A stretch of 64,000 nt of DNA from positions 40,920 through 104,919 of the forward strand of contig JAGVBB010000003.1 in the NCBI GenBank assembly GCA_020059915.1. The letters run 5' to 3'. This document shows positions 63,516 through 64,000 of the stretch, piece after piece. Positions within the stretch are counted from its first letter, which is position 1; each line of letters begins with the position of its first letter. Position numbers and translations under genes: made by a program. Origin of the DNA: Minisyncoccota bacterium. GTDB taxonomy: Bacteria > Patescibacteriota > Minisyncoccia > UBA6257 > GWB1-50-10. Under the pieces are notes generated by a model. It worked only from the letters and a program-made list of their open reading frames with translations, did no database searches and was not told where the DNA came from.

Positions 63516-64000
63516 TTAGTTGCCATTAAGTATTATTGGTAATCCATTCTTTCCTGAGCCAATTATAACAATTTTAGAATTTGGAGATTTTGCCAACATT
63601 TCCGTTGCTTCAATACCCTTCCATTCCAACAACTCTGGACTAATTCCTTTTGCTACAATAGTTTGAAAATCTTGAATTCCTTTAGCTTCAATTCGTTTTC
63701 TTTCAGCTTCCTTTTCTTCTTTTTGTAAAACAAATTCCATGCGCTGATTTTCTTGATCGGATTTCTGTTTTTCTTCTATTGAGGCAGAAAGACTTGGTGG
63801 AAGCGTTATACCACGAAGAGGAGTTCCTTCAATAAACACGCCACGCTGTGTCACTATTTTTTCCAAATCAACTCTTATTGATTGTTCTAGTGTACCCCTA
63901 TCAGCGCTGTAAAGTGTCTTTGCTTCCGAGCTTGCAGTTACACCACGAACAATAGAACGTATTTGAGGAATAAGAATTATTTCTTCATAGTTTTCACCAA
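63516..64000 (-). CDS. SPFH/band-7 (HflC/HflK-like) protein, 5'-partial (continues past window end)
   Basis: C-terminal SPFH-associated coiled coil (EEKEAERKRIEAKGIQDFQ). The reading frame stays open upstream of the track's TTG start to position 64000. The terminator cccccgcttttgcggggg lies downstream. Confidence 0.6.
   Translation of the reverse strand, partial: GENYEEIILIPQIRSIVRGVTASSEAKTLYSADRGTLEQSIRVDLEKIVTQRGVFIEGTPLRGITLPPSLSASIEEKQKSDQENQRMEFVLQKEEKEAERKRIEAKGIQDFQTIVAKGISPELLEWKGIEATEMLAKSPNSKIVIIGSGKNGLPIILNGN

Noticed and set aside
1-64000. rRNA genes, transposases, integrases, prophage structural genes
   Set aside because: No sequence resembling 16S/23S/5S conserved cores was seen. 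There were no DDE, tyrosine or serine recombinase motifs. The tRNA-adjacent scars therefore lack an associated intact mobile-element gene in this window.

Overview
This 64 kb window reads as a low-GC (about 35-40%), gene-dense bacterial chromosome segment. Judged from the sequence alone, its character fits a small-genome Patescibacteria (CPR)-like organism: short intergenic spacers, many small hypothetical membrane proteins, and a DUF134/DUF5320 pair. Most genes are housekeeping. The recognisable ones are ychF, scpAB, a compact cell-wall cluster (D-Ala-D-Ala carboxypeptidase, mraY, an amidohydrolase, ftsW, murG), gltX, an M23 peptidase, mltG, secA, rmuC, rpmA, rplI, a CtpA-type S41 protease, a 2H phosphoesterase, def-fmt, a DEAD-box helicase, lexA, a CaCA exchanger, rarA, an ABC-F ATPase, a P-type Ca-ATPase, an ECF sigma/anti-sigma pair, dgkA, a CdaA-YbbR fusion, an IMPase, an isochorismatase-family hydrolase and a partial SPFH protein. 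There are two tRNA genes, tRNA-Leu(GAG) and tRNA-Gln(CTG). Each is followed by a peculiar set of partial direct and inverted copies of its own 3' end, plus GC-rich hairpins. The most interesting accessory content is an AT-rich three-gene island directly downstream of tRNA-Gln. It encodes an Mrr-cat (type IV restriction-like) nuclease fusion bracketed by two membrane proteins and followed by an ASCH reader-domain protein; this is a candidate undescribed defense module. Also notable are a three-member paralogous family of unknown function with an adjacent ParB-like nuclease-domain protein, a lexA locus with a palindromic box and a divergent Cys-rich zinc-ribbon gene, an orphan RecB/Cas4-like PD-(D/E)xK nuclease, several dispersed short repeats and palindromes, a predicted small RNA next to secA, and a GC-rich small zinc-ribbon gene that falls below the ORF-track cutoff. 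No rRNA genes, CRISPR arrays or clear transposases were seen.
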